DNA of 64,000 nt from positions 40,041-104,040 of the IMG/VR virus record IMGVR_UViG_3300044904_000056. One strand, written 5' to 3'. Below, piece after piece: positions 55,208 through 64,000 of the stretch. The position numbers were made by a program, and so were the translations under genes. Under the pieces are notes generated by a model. That model made no database searches. It was not told the origin of the DNA and saw only the letters and a program-made list of their open reading frames with translations. Source of the stretch: a virus. Within the stretch, counting starts at the first letter, position 1; each line of letters begins with the position of its first letter.

Positions 55208-57430
55208 CTATTCGTCTTCCTTCACTGGGATGCCATCGCTGGCAAGCCCGTCAAGAAGCTCAGAGTTTTCTGCTCCGGTGGGTCTCCAGGATACAACACC
55301 GCCTCTGGCTCCTGCACCATCAACGCTTTCAGACAACCTGGCAATCGCGCCTTCTGTAGCAGATTCCAAGAGGCGTGCTGCCATCTTGATCTCGTGGACC
55401 TGTTCCTTGCGGTTGAGACCATACAGGCTCTCACGCAGAGTGCGAGCAGCTCCAAGAGTCAGAATTTCCTTTTCGACGGCCAGCGAAGTCAGCTGGTTGG
55501 CAGACTTCACTGATTCGTTGAACCGCATAATGCCCTTGTAGCGGACAATCTTGCGGTCCTTCGCCCGATTCGATTCGCGGAGGCGAGCAATGAAACCCTC
55601 CAGCTTCTCGATGCGGCGATTTGCTTCACGGACGATGGGCTTTGCGAACTTCCGCGCACGGCGGTTGCGAGCAAAGCGGGAGGTTTTGATCTTGTAGGAT
55701 TTGCCAACGCCTGAGGTGGAATCATCTTCCGTTCCAAAATCCTCATCGCTGTCTTCGTAACCACGGTCAGGGTCTGCACCCTTCGGAAGCGCCGAATGAC
55801 CCGAGTGTCCGAGACCACCCGCGAAAGACGCCTTCTTGACTTGTGGACCTTGCGAGGAGCCATCAGCTTCACGACCACGTGAACGGTGACGGCGGTTGCG
55901 GCCAGACTCTGCGACGTTTCCTGGTCTCATCATGTCGTGTTCGTCCTCATCCTCCAATGCTTCTAGGGATTCGGACAAGTCCTCTTCGGAATCGTCGCCA
56001 TCCATGCCCTCATCTTCAGAGCTGTCATCCGCTTCTGCGGCAGAAGCAGGGACACTCCGGGATGAACCTGGTGTCGGAGGAACGGCTGCGGCTGGGCCAG
56101 AAGGGCCACCACCCGGTGGCATTGCCCCCATCCCATCCTCATCTTCGTCCTCATCCTCCATCCCTTCGTCTTCCAATCCTTCGTCCTCGTCTTCCAGACC
56201 TTCTAACCCTTCGTCTTCCAGGGATTCGCGGGAGCCACGAGAAGCCTTCACCTTGCGATGCTTCCCGCCCCCGCCAAATTCAGTCTGGTCTCCGAGGTCG
56301 CTGCGAGTTTCTTCGTCCTCAACGTCCGCTTCTTCCAGTTCATCTGGAATGTCGGACGGCTCAGGCTCACCCAAATCTTCGTTGTCAGCGCCCTTACCAG
56401 CGGCTGCTCGGAGTGCTTTCTTCTTTCGGAAGCGCAATCCCCCTGAGCCGCTGGAAGCCCTGACCTTCTGTTTGTTCATAGAATCACTCCCTCCAGACGG
56501 ATTGATGTTGCTGTACTGCTCTTCGTTGACTTGACCCGGTCCCTTACCTGATATTGAGCTGGCCGCATGCAAGACCTTCGATGCTTCAAAGGCTGCTTGT
56601 TTCAGTTCATCAGGGGAATCGGAGTTGTAAGCCGAAACGAGAGAGTCAGCAACTTCCTTTGCCTTCTCGGGACTCAGGATACCAGCTTCTCTCGTTCGCC
56701 TTTTCATTTCACCTAAAGTTACCTTCCGCCCTCTGCGGCTTTCAAGCATAGCATCAAACTTGCCACGAGCCGCAGGTTCAGTTACCACATCAGCGGAATC
56801 AACCCGCTGAAACTCTTCGACATAGTTGACTTGCTCACCGCCCATGTTCGCAGGGCGAGTCTTGCCAATAGCGTTAATCGAGATGCCGAACAGGCCCTTC
56901 GCGGTAGGCTCATTGAGAATCGTATCAATCATATCAGTGAGCCACTTCGCTGAAGGGAAGAAATGAAGCTTGCCCCTAAGCCTTACTTTGCCTGTTGTTG
57001 GGTTGGCGTCCGTAAAGCAGTCGCTGTACCAGCCAACCAACGCACGCATTGTCCGTTCTGGGAGGGTCTTCTCGGAGATAGCATCCGGGTGATCACAGAA
57101 AGCCTTGGCCCCGTTGAATACTTGGACACCTGCTTTGAGGGCTTCGGCGCTGTAAAGATTGCGATCTTTACTATTTCCTAACCCCTCCTCTATAATAGTA
57201 ACTAAGTAAACTCTTCCCTTTTGTTGAGTACCACTTTTCTGCTTTTGGGCGTCCTCTTCACCTTTTTCCGTAAAGGCATCCTGGTGAAAAGATTCTCGAA
57301 TTCGAGAAGCCAAAAGTTTCCTCTTCTTTTTCTTTCTACCAGAAGCGACAAGATGTTTCCCCGTAGACAGGGGAAATTTTTGAACTCCTGCCCGTTGCAA
57401 CTGCCCCGTAGATGAAGAGGAATTGCTCAC
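55208..57430 (-). CDS. Prohead protease-scaffold protein
   Basis: DHP, GISIN, SADVVTEPAARG protease motifs followed by a long acidic, disordered tail. Confidence 0.85.
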   Translation of the reverse strand: MSNSSSSTGQLQRAGVQKFPLSTGKHLVASGRKKKKRKLLASRIRESFHQDAFTEKGEEDAQKQKSGTQQKGRVYLVTIIEEGLGNSKDRNLYSAEALKAGVQVFNGAKAFCDHPDAISEKTLPERTMRALVGWYSDCFTDANPTTGKVRLRGKLHFFPSAKWLTDMIDTILNEPTAKGLFGISINAIGKTRPANMGGEQVNYVEEFQRVDSADVVTEPAARGKFDAMLESRRGRKVTLGEMKRRTREAGILSPEKAKEVADSLVSAYNSDSPDELKQAAFEASKVLHAASSISGKGPGQVNEEQYSNINPSGGSDSMNKQKVRASSGSGGLRFRKKKALRAAAGKGADNEDLGEPEPSDIPDELEEADVEDEETRSDLGDQTEFGGGGKHRKVKASRGSRESLEDEGLEGLEDEDEGLEDEGMEDEDEDEDGMGAMPPGGGPSGPAAAVPPTPGSSRSVPASAAEADDSSEDEGMDGDDSEEDLSESLEALEDEDEHDMMRPGNVAESGRNRRHRSRGREADGSSQGPQVKKASFAGGLGHSGHSALPKGADPDRGYEDSDEDFGTEDDSTSGVGKSYKIKTSRFARNRRARKFAKPIVREANRRIEKLEGFIARLRESNRAKDRKIVRYKGIMRFNESVKSANQLTSLAVEKEILTLGAARTLRESLYGLNRKEQVHEIKMAARLLESATEGAIARLSESVDGAGARGGVVSWRPTGAENSELLDGLASDGIPVKEDE
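56709..56722 (-). promoter_or_regulatory. GTAACTTTAGGTGA motif inside the protease gene
   Basis: Just after the protease domain, upstream of GGAGGGAG-N7-ATG at 56479. Confidence 0.55.
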
Positions 57431-58164
57431 GCAGCCTTCCTAATGAGGGGGAATACAACTTTGCAAGTTTCGCTGATCCTCTGGCGATGCTCTTTTGAGA
57501 GGTGTCTCCCTTTCAAGGCTTTGCTGATTTTGAGACGGGTTTCTTTTGAGGGAACATAGCCTAAGAGATTCTGATTAGGCCGCCCATACATTCGACTCCG
57601 TTCCTGAGGGGTCAATTTCGACAAGAACCTGCTATGGGACTTCCGCATCTTCTGCTTAGCTTCTTTAGTCCTCTTCAGCCCATAATGGGGGCTATCCTCC
57701 CCCACCCAATCTCTCACCCGCTCCCTCATCAACCTGCTTAGTTTTTTCCGGGCTGCTTTAGACATATTTGATGCGTAGGAATTCCCCCGATGTATTTCTC
57801 TCAACCTTCGGAGACCGTCTTTTGTCATCACGTGGGGCTTTCTCATCTTCTCTAGAACAGCCTCGGAAGGATTTGCGAGTCCATCCCCACCTTCTGTAAG
57901 ATTGTAGCCAAATCGGGGGTCAGTAGTGTTGTAGATTCGGATATACAACTTTTCCCGGTCATTCAATTCAGATTCGGAATCAGATTCGTACAAAATGCAG
58001 CATTCAAAATTCCCAGGACCATATTTCTTGATGGCCCTTTTCAAGTAAAGAGTAGAGTTATACCCTGCCATATGTTCCCGCAGGCGAACAGACAAAAGCC
58101 TTACCGTCTTGCCAACATAAAATTTTCCGTTGGTAATGTTCCGAATTAGGTAGATGCTTCCCAT
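57427..58164 (-). CDS. GIY-YIG homing endonuclease + NUMOD3
   Basis: SIY...FYVG, REKLYI, GYNLTEGG. Confidence 0.9.
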   Translation of the reverse strand: MGSIYLIRNITNGKFYVGKTVRLLSVRLREHMAGYNSTLYLKRAIKKYGPGNFECCILYESDSESELNDREKLYIRIYNTTDPRFGYNLTEGGDGLANPSEAVLEKMRKPHVMTKDGLRRLREIHRGNSYASNMSKAARKKLSRLMRERVRDWVGEDSPHYGLKRTKEAKQKMRKSHSRFLSKLTPQERSRMYGRPNQNLLGYVPSKETRLKISKALKGRHLSKEHRQRISETCKVVFPLIRKAA

Positions 58165-58165
58165 T

Positions 58166-58573
58166 TCAGTAATTTGGTGCCCGAGACTTTATGAAATCCC
58201 CATGAGAGAGTTTCCTTGAACTATCATCAGCAAACTTGTTTCCTACTTTCTCTGCTTGTAAGTTTTGAGGCTTGTTCCAGTTCCCCACCCTCGGTGCTAC
58301 CATCGTTGAGCCTCTGCGAGTTCCTGCTGCATTTGGCCGATGGTCCACTTCACCCTTCATTGGTGGCTTCAGTCTCATATCCGGGGGAGGGTCGGAAATT
58401 GCGGCGTTAAGACCAGGACTTTTGGCAAATGGGTCACGCATTTGATTGGCGCCCCTGGCTTCTCTATGGTATTGGTTGAACCTCCGCCCCCGGAACTTTC
58501 GCCCAAGCTGCGGGATATTGGGACTGAACTCATCACTTTCATCAAAGTCCCCTCCGTGCTGAGGACCGTCCAC
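58166..58573 (-). CDS. Hypothetical protein (candidate internal head protein)
   Basis: Head-module context, HREA motif. Confidence 0.5.
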   Translation of the reverse strand: MDGPQHGGDFDESDEFSPNIPQLGRKFRGRRFNQYHREARGANQMRDPFAKSPGLNAAISDPPPDMRLKPPMKGEVDHRPNAAGTRRGSTMVAPRVGNWNKPQNLQAEKVGNKFADDSSRKLSHGDFIKSRAPNY

Positions 58574-59249
58574 CGTAGGCCTGCTTCACTGCGTTGTCGA
58601 AACGCTTCACGCGAGTTTCCATTGCCATATTGCCGGCAGTCCGCTTCCGTTCAGCATCAACAGCGGTGTCTTGCGGAATGGCATCATACGTCAGGGCCTT
58701 CCTCGGGCGAGATAGCTGTCCGACTCCTGGACGGAATCCAGAGCCAGGGAGGATATCCTTGCGGTTCTTCTGGTCCAGGGCCTCCGTTACTGCCTTCAGC
58801 TTCTTGCCGTATTTCTTGCTGTGGTCTGCAAGGTGTTCAAGCAGAGCACCCCTCTGCGTCTCAGAAAGGTCTCCACTCGCCAGGAGCATACGGTGCTTCA
58901 TGATATGCTCCTTGTGAGGGTCATCTTCAAAGGCTTCGTTAATCTTCCCGAGGGTCAGGAGAGTCTTGTGCTCTCCGTCAATGATCTTCGTGTAGTCCTT
59001 GGAGTAGTTGTCAGTGGAGGTCTTGCCGTTTGTCGGAACACCACGTGCAAACCGCTCGTTGTTCTGCGAAGCCGGCAGGACATTCGCTTCACGGAGCCGG
59101 AACGTATCGTCAAAGATGTCATCCGTGATTTCAGGGATGGGGATGACTTTGGACGGGCGTCTCTTAGCGCCGAGAAAACTCTGCGTCACGAAATTCGGTC
59201 CAGGGTCATCAGCCATGGAGGGTGTCAAATCAAGTTCGCACAAGGGCAT
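58542..59249 (-). CDS. Hypothetical protein (candidate internal head protein)
   Basis: GAGGAG RBS, RLREA motif. Confidence 0.6.
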   Translation of the reverse strand: MPLCELDLTPSMADDPGPNFVTQSFLGAKRRPSKVIPIPEITDDIFDDTFRLREANVLPASQNNERFARGVPTNGKTSTDNYSKDYTKIIDGEHKTLLTLGKINEAFEDDPHKEHIMKHRMLLASGDLSETQRGALLEHLADHSKKYGKKLKAVTEALDQKNRKDILPGSGFRPGVGQLSRPRKALTYDAIPQDTAVDAERKRTAGNMAMETRVKRFDNAVKQAYGGRSSARRGL

Positions 59250-59338
59250 GTTAGTTCTCCTCGAAAAAGAGGAGGCAGGGGCACGAGTCCTGCCTCCAGC
59301 GTGGGGCAGCTAGGTACAAATTTGCGTTTCGTTTCATT

Positions 59339-59352
59339 TCACCTAAATTTAC
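59339..59352 (-). promoter_or_regulatory. GTAAATTTAGGTGA motif
   Basis: Intergenic; shares the downstream AATGAAA extension with the 56709 copy. Confidence 0.55.
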
Positions 59353-59359
59353 TTTTTCT

Positions 59360-60637
59360 TCAGAATTCCTTAATGACAAGTCCAGACTCCTGTTGCTGAA
59401 CCTTCGGCACGCCCGGACTGAAAGTAACTCCATCACGCCAACCGGGTGCGTTTGAAGGCTTGGAGTAGAATTCCCGGAGGTCAATCAGCTTTGGTTCGTC
59501 TTCATCGCGGTTAGACTCCATCACGCGGGGATTGACTCTTCGCTTGGACTCCTTCTTGTAGGAAGTAACATCTGGAACGTCCCTAGACTTCATCCCCCTT
59601 TTGCGGAGTTCCTTAGACAGAAACTTGCCAGCCCCCGACCCTTCATGCCGTCCGCTACCGGGTCCACCCTCAGCACCTTCCACCCCATTCTTCAGGCCGC
59701 TGTACCGCTTGTCAGTGAATCCTTCTGGGTGGCTCTTGTCATAGCGGGGGGCCACGTAGTTGTTGCCGGCTTCACCAGTCCTTCTCGCTCTGAACAGCAG
59801 GTCATCGCCCATCTGTTTCCGAACCTTCCGTGGGGGAGTGCATTCTTGGTCATCATACGGACCACGGCCACCTTCGCGTGCGAAGTTGCGAATTGCTCTT
59901 TCCCGTTTTCTGGCAGCCTTAATAATTCCAGCATGTGCACCCATCGTCTCGTTCTGTTGTAGCTGGCGAACAGCTCCAGGCTTATTGGCGTCCTGTGGAT
60001 TCAGAGGAATCGGCGGCTTGTTCTGCCGGATGTCCTCGCTGGGCTGTTCAGACTTCTTGGGAACAGGGACTGGTGACTGTTTACCAGAGTAGCCAGGGAG
60101 AGCTTCTTTCTTTGAGGCTTGCATTGGAGCAGGCTTGACAATCTTGGAAGGCTTGGGCTGTTGAACTGCAGCCTGTTGATGGAGTGCCTTCGCCTTGCTG
60201 TGAATATCCGCGTGTTGTTCCATCGCTGCAATGTGAGCGTGCCCGAGGTCAGAGTCCAGGCCTGCCTTCTCTGCCTGTTTCTGGTGGAAATGCATCGCAG
60301 CTTTGTTGGCCTTCATAATCGCTTGCGGAGGAAGTTCATTCAGGTGCGAAGGGTCTCCACCGTGCTCGAACATTTCCTGAAGTCTGCCGGCTCCTTCCTT
60401 CGTGTAGCCGAGGGACGCTTTGAAGTGTGCTAACCCTCTCCCTGTATGGACTCCATATTTGAGGGCCTGCTTTTCGTGAAAGTGTTTCGCTTCTCTGGCA
60501 ACTTGTCGCGAGGCATCAGCTTCACGCAGGCGTCTGATGCATGTTCCTTCCCTCGCCATGAAGTTGCCGATTGTCGGAGGGGTCCAGTTTGCGCCTGGGC
60601 CTTCCTCAGTAGCTGCTCCTTCAAGATACCAGGTCAC
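59360..60637 (-). CDS. His/Lys-rich hypothetical protein (candidate internal head protein)
   Basis: RRLREA, AREA, AREG motifs; GGPGSG. Confidence 0.6.
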   Translation of the reverse strand: MTWYLEGAATEEGPGANWTPPTIGNFMAREGTCIRRLREADASRQVAREAKHFHEKQALKYGVHTGRGLAHFKASLGYTKEGAGRLQEMFEHGGDPSHLNELPPQAIMKANKAAMHFHQKQAEKAGLDSDLGHAHIAAMEQHADIHSKAKALHQQAAVQQPKPSKIVKPAPMQASKKEALPGYSGKQSPVPVPKKSEQPSEDIRQNKPPIPLNPQDANKPGAVRQLQQNETMGAHAGIIKAARKRERAIRNFAREGGRGPYDDQECTPPRKVRKQMGDDLLFRARRTGEAGNNYVAPRYDKSHPEGFTDKRYSGLKNGVEGAEGGPGSGRHEGSGAGKFLSKELRKRGMKSRDVPDVTSYKKESKRRVNPRVMESNRDEDEPKLIDLREFYSKPSNAPGWRDGVTFSPGVPKVQQQESGLVIKEF

Positions 60638-60861
60638 GGCTTTCCTCCCCGCAGCAGCTTGATCAACTTAGCCTGGGCTGGTGATTGGATATAAAATGCT
60701 ATGATCACCGCGGCCAAACCATACCAAAATGAGAGGTTGGGGTGATTGTGCACGTAGTCCGCCACTGTTGGACTAGCATACTTCCAGACAGCTGTGAGCA
60801 ACAGTAAAACTGTAATCCAGTGCAGCTTCAAATACGCGATTGCCTGATTGATAAAATTCAT
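60634..60861 (-). CDS. Small two-TM protein (holin-like)
   Basis: Two hydrophobic helices and a basic C-terminus. Confidence 0.5.
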   Translation of the reverse strand: MNFINQAIAYLKLHWITVLLLLTAVWKYASPTVADYVHNHPNLSFWYGLAAVIIAFYIQSPAQAKLIKLLRGGKP

Positions 60862-60871
60862 ACTCAGCTCC

Positions 60872-60885
60872 TCATCTAAATTTAC
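60872..60885 (-). promoter_or_regulatory. GTAAATTTAGATGA motif
   Basis: Intergenic, 13/14 match to the 40989 and 59339 copies. Confidence 0.5.
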
Positions 60886-60888
60886 CTG

Positions 60889-61452
60889 CTAACTGCCTAG
60901 CATCTCATCTGTGAGAACAATGTTTGATCTGTTCAACTGTTCTGCTTCAGCCCTGCTCACGTTCAGCCTCTCCTTCGTCATTTGAGCATAGTCTGTTTTC
61001 AACACCAGCTCTCCTGTGATTGTCCGCCCATCACGCCACGCAATTACATTTTCCACCCGGATTTGTTCGTAGCCAATATCCTTCCGATATTCTGCTCCCT
61101 TCAACCAGCGCTCCAGGACGTACACTACGTCCCGTGCCAGGTTTAGGATTTTGTCGTTAGACTTCAAAAATGACACCAGGCTCATATTCCGCTGGTAGGG
61201 CAACTTTGATGCGGAGAGGCTAGTGGCTCCTTCGTGTTCCGTCTTCCATGAGATATCTATCTTGATCAAACGTTCCTTGATGACGTTGATAGACAAATCC
61301 ATATCCTCCGCGTTCCGCCCAGTCTCCATAACCAGACTTAGCAGATAGGCATAGGAGGACATCAGGAACGTGCAGACATCGTGGTTCTTGTCAAGCATAG
61401 GGGTCAGCCGCGGTTGCTCATTCCGTAGGATGTCATATATGTTTTCAGCCAT
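60889..61452 (-). CDS. Hypothetical protein
   Basis: 187 aa coupled ORF. Confidence 0.55.
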   Translation of the reverse strand: MAENIYDILRNEQPRLTPMLDKNHDVCTFLMSSYAYLLSLVMETGRNAEDMDLSINVIKERLIKIDISWKTEHEGATSLSASKLPYQRNMSLVSFLKSNDKILNLARDVVYVLERWLKGAEYRKDIGYEQIRVENVIAWRDGRTITGELVLKTDYAQMTKERLNVSRAEAEQLNRSNIVLTDEMLGS

Positions 61453-61453
61453 T

Positions 61454-62161
61454 TCAGTTCACCACCGTGACAGAATCAGATATCATCTCAAAAGCTGCCA
61501 AGGAGCCTCCAAAGCCGCAGCCTAGGTCAAGTCCTATCTTGCCGGCCTGCCGAAAGACTTTCTTGAACGGAACGTGCGAGAAGATTACTGTTTTGCCAGG
61601 AATCCGTCTCCAGTCCTGTAGCCACCAATCCCTTTCCGCAAACAAGGTCTGTTCCTCCCGCTCTAGCTCCTTGCCCCCAAAGAGTCCTGGATGGCCTCCC
61701 GCGTGGCAGGCTACAAACGGGAACGTGTCATCCTCGTACCATTGATGGAGGTCGTGTTGCAGGAAGCGGATATGCGACTCCGGGATTTCCATCGGGATTC
61801 TAGCTTCCATCAGTTTTCCCCCCATCAAGGGGTTCAGAATTCTCAGCTTGCGGTGACTCGCATAACTTTCAAAGATTTTGTGACCGGACATCTCTCCCCA
61901 GAGAGATATCGTCTCCCAGGATGTATTCTCCTCAATGGCTTTTCCGAACATGTATTCATAGCAGCCCCTGAGGAATGAGCAATTTGGTTGGGTCGTTTTG
62001 AGCTTGAGTAGGAATTCCATCACGCCTTTACTATCTGGTCCTGGCCCAAGGTAGGAGCCCAGGAACAGCAGGGAGTCATCTGCGGTTGGTCCTATCTTGT
62101 CCAACAGTTTCCGGAGAAGGAAAATTTCTCCTCGTATGTCCGGTATTACCCACTTACGCAC
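61454..62161 (-). CDS. Degenerate PPP-family metallophosphoesterase
   Basis: PDIRG, LGSYLGPG, RGCYE, HAG, SHVP and LDLG align to the lambda-phosphatase motif order. Confidence 0.75.
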   Translation of the reverse strand: MRKWVIPDIRGEIFLLRKLLDKIGPTADDSLLFLGSYLGPGPDSKGVMEFLLKLKTTQPNCSFLRGCYEYMFGKAIEENTSWETISLWGEMSGHKIFESYASHRKLRILNPLMGGKLMEARIPMEIPESHIRFLQHDLHQWYEDDTFPFVACHAGGHPGLFGGKELEREEQTLFAERDWWLQDWRRIPGKTVIFSHVPFKKVFRQAGKIGLDLGCGFGGSLAAFEMISDSVTVVN

Positions 62162-62170
62162 TTTGTCCTC

Positions 62171-62542
62171 CTATAATTCAGCATCAGTTTTGACAGATAA
62201 CGACCCATCGAAATTGGAATACAATACTGAACTGCCCGGAAAATTCACCTTGATGGAGAATCGAAACACTCCATTCTTCCCCATTTCAGCAGGCTGCGCC
62301 AAGTCACCAGATGCAAATGTGTAAGTAACCACCCCAGAAGTAGCGGGGGAAACAATCGTCATCGTCTTCGTTGTAGGAGACTTCAATGGCCCTTGAAGAC
62401 TGGTAATTGCGTAGAGCAGCTGTACCGAAGTAGCAGTTGTCAAGTCAAGCGGGATTTGAGCTGGTGGGCTCTGGGAGTAGTCCGTAGTCATCAAGGTGAA
62501 TTGAAGCTGTTTGCCTACTTCGCCTATTGTTAGATCAGCCAC
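62171..62542 (-). CDS. BppU N-terminal-like virion protein
   Basis: LQFTL...PLDLT...GVVTYTFASGD. Confidence 0.6.
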   Translation of the reverse strand: MADLTIGEVGKQLQFTLMTTDYSQSPPAQIPLDLTTATSVQLLYAITSLQGPLKSPTTKTMTIVSPATSGVVTYTFASGDLAQPAEMGKNGVFRFSIKVNFPGSSVLYSNFDGSLSVKTDAEL

Positions 62543-62608
62543 GAGAATTTCTCCCTAAGTTTCCTGCAACGTCTGAACAATCTTTTCGTCCACCAAAACT
62601 GATGTTGT

Positions 62609-64000
62609 TCAAGACCTATTGACTAGAACTGATGCTGCACAAGACCTGCTGACCAGGATGTTACGAACTATCTTTTGGGAAGGAGTGAGTATTGTATATG
62701 CGTCAATGTTATGGGCAGTACTTGAAGCATATGCAATATCAGCATCTATATTATGGAAATGACTGTTAACGGTACTTGCATCAGCATCAATGCCGTGAAA
62801 ATGGTCGGAAAAAATACCTGCGTCAACATCAACTTGGTGAGAATGGCTAATGAAGATTCCCACATCAGCATCTAAGTTGTGGGACTTGCTCGAAAAAACG
62901 CCTGCGTCCGCATCTACGCTATGGGAGTAACTCACTGTAGCCAGAGTCCCCGCAAAATCCACGCCCGTGATGTCCGCACCACTGACCGTTTCATTTGCGC
63001 TAGTAGGTGAGAAGGTGTAACCTGTCTTGGATGGGGTGATTATGTAGGAACCGTTATATAAAGGTATTGTGTAGTTTCCCGAAATATCCGCTATCACCGA
63101 ACCATTCTCGGTTCCACTATAAGAAACAGTTGCGCCTGCTATTCCCGCGCTGCCGGAAATGAAATGTTCGGTTGCGTTAAATACGCCGATACCCGTGGTT
63201 GAATCGTAGGCATTCGCAAACAATGAAGTAGTAAAAGATGCCTGGGGAGTACTCGTTATTGTACTTAATTGGTCTTCAATTCCCGCCACATAGTTAGAAC
63301 TTGTAACACTAGCTTCCCGCAATGCCCACGGAGTATTGGCAGCTCCTGTGCCCCCTCCAGAAACAAGTTCGTTTATCCCAACTAGTAAATCTCCAGCCAA
63401 TGCGGAAATCGTCGGGCTAGTCCTGATTGCAGTAGTTTGATTTGCTGTTGCTACTGATGCTCCCCGAAGCGAATCTGGGCCACTCCATTCACCAATAGCT
63501 GTACACCCATTCACATTTCCACCGGCGGTCACCGTTACAGTTTCAGCGCCCGTGGCTGTACTGAAAATCCACGCCCATCCACCCGCAGCACTCCCTGAAC
63601 CATCAGCAGTATCGTATACGATATTCCAGTTAGTGGTGTTAAGTGAACCCTTAACTTGTGTGATGGCGTGGGCGAGCGTTCTATACCATGCTACAACCAG
63701 TAAGTTTCCTTTGGTAACATTTCCAATATAAGCCAGGGGGAACGTTGAAACCGCCGTATGAAAAGCGCTTGCTGCACCTTGAATAAATTGGTTAACAGGA
63801 GGAGTTGCACCGCTCGTTTTTAAGGTAAGTGTACTCCAACGGGGTTGATAATAAGTTGGATAAGTTCCTGCATACAACATACGTAGAGAAATGTTGTTAG
63901 TAGCAACATTGGAAAGAACATCTCGATGCATGAAAGACGGAACAATCCAACCCGTTGAGGTATTCACCTGCGTATAAATTTGCAACCACGGACCGGCAGG
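62609..64000 (-). CDS. Large virion structural protein, 5' end outside the window
   Basis: T/S/G-rich beta domains, YIITPSKTGYTFSP Ig-like module, C-terminal HxIDA-type repeats. Confidence 0.7.
   Translation of the reverse strand, partial: PAGPWLQIYTQVNTSTGWIVPSFMHRDVLSNVATNNISLRMLYAGTYPTYYQPRWSTLTLKTSGATPPVNQFIQGAASAFHTAVSTFPLAYIGNVTKGNLLVVAWYRTLAHAITQVKGSLNTTNWNIVYDTADGSGSAAGGWAWIFSTATGAETVTVTAGGNVNGCTAIGEWSGPDSLRGASVATANQTTAIRTSPTISALAGDLLVGINELVSGGGTGAANTPWALREASVTSSNYVAGIEDQLSTITSTPQASFTTSLFANAYDSTTGIGVFNATEHFISGSAGIAGATVSYSGTENGSVIADISGNYTIPLYNGSYIITPSKTGYTFSPTSANETVSGADITGVDFAGTLATVSYSHSVDADAGVFSSKSHNLDADVGIFISHSHQVDVDAGIFSDHFHGIDADASTVNSHFHNIDADIAYASSTAHNIDAYTILTPSQKIVRNILVSRSCAASVLVNRS

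Noticed and set aside
481-62324. Numerous + strand ORFs in the track (e.g. 9543..10463, 18571..19398, 55896..56534)
   Set aside because: They are antisense shadows of clear minus-strand genes, often of low-complexity regions, with no RBS or family motifs.
62545-62565. GGAAACTTAGGGAG as a sixth late motif
   Set aside because: Too many mismatches, and explicable as an RBS.
1-64000. Stop-codon reassignment
   Set aside because: Genes are full length under the standard code, and TAA, TAG and TGA all end genes at tight junctions.

Overview
The window is a 64 kb stretch of a large tailed dsDNA phage genome, probably siphovirus-like. Essentially every real gene is on the minus strand. From right to left it contains: (1) virion genes at 64-53 kb, including candidate internal head proteins, a prohead protease-scaffold, a decoration protein and a Mu-gpT-like major capsid protein; (2) an 11 kb glycosylation island at 52.8-41 kb (three GT9-like, two GT2-like, one GT17-like and one further GT, an NDP-sugar epimerase, three methyltransferases) interleaved with free-standing nucleases; (3) head-tail, tail, tape-measure and fibre genes at 40.5-25 kb, with a -1 frameshifted tail chaperone; (4) replication genes (SF2 helicase, candidate origin, DnaB-like helicase, primase); (5) an early region with a structured non-coding leader, FtsK, HU and a sigma factor; (6) a thymidine-hypermodification-type locus at 1.5-9 kb carrying an unusual glycosyltransferase, deacetylase, methyltransferases and phosphatase; and (7) the UDG-domain N-terminus of a probable SPO1-type DNA polymerase. 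Main discoveries: an exact RFPR peptide, encoded by varying synonymous codons, recurs 11 times in unrelated non-virion proteins, many of them DNA-acting (candidate docking or localisation signal); a possibly new 5hmdU sugar-modification pathway; two recurrent promoter-like motifs (GCGTTCTAT and GTAAMTTTAGRTGA); and an R-x-R-E-(A/S)-type candidate maturation-cleavage motif shared by capsid, scaffold and orphan head proteins. All family calls come from motif recognition by eye, not database searches.
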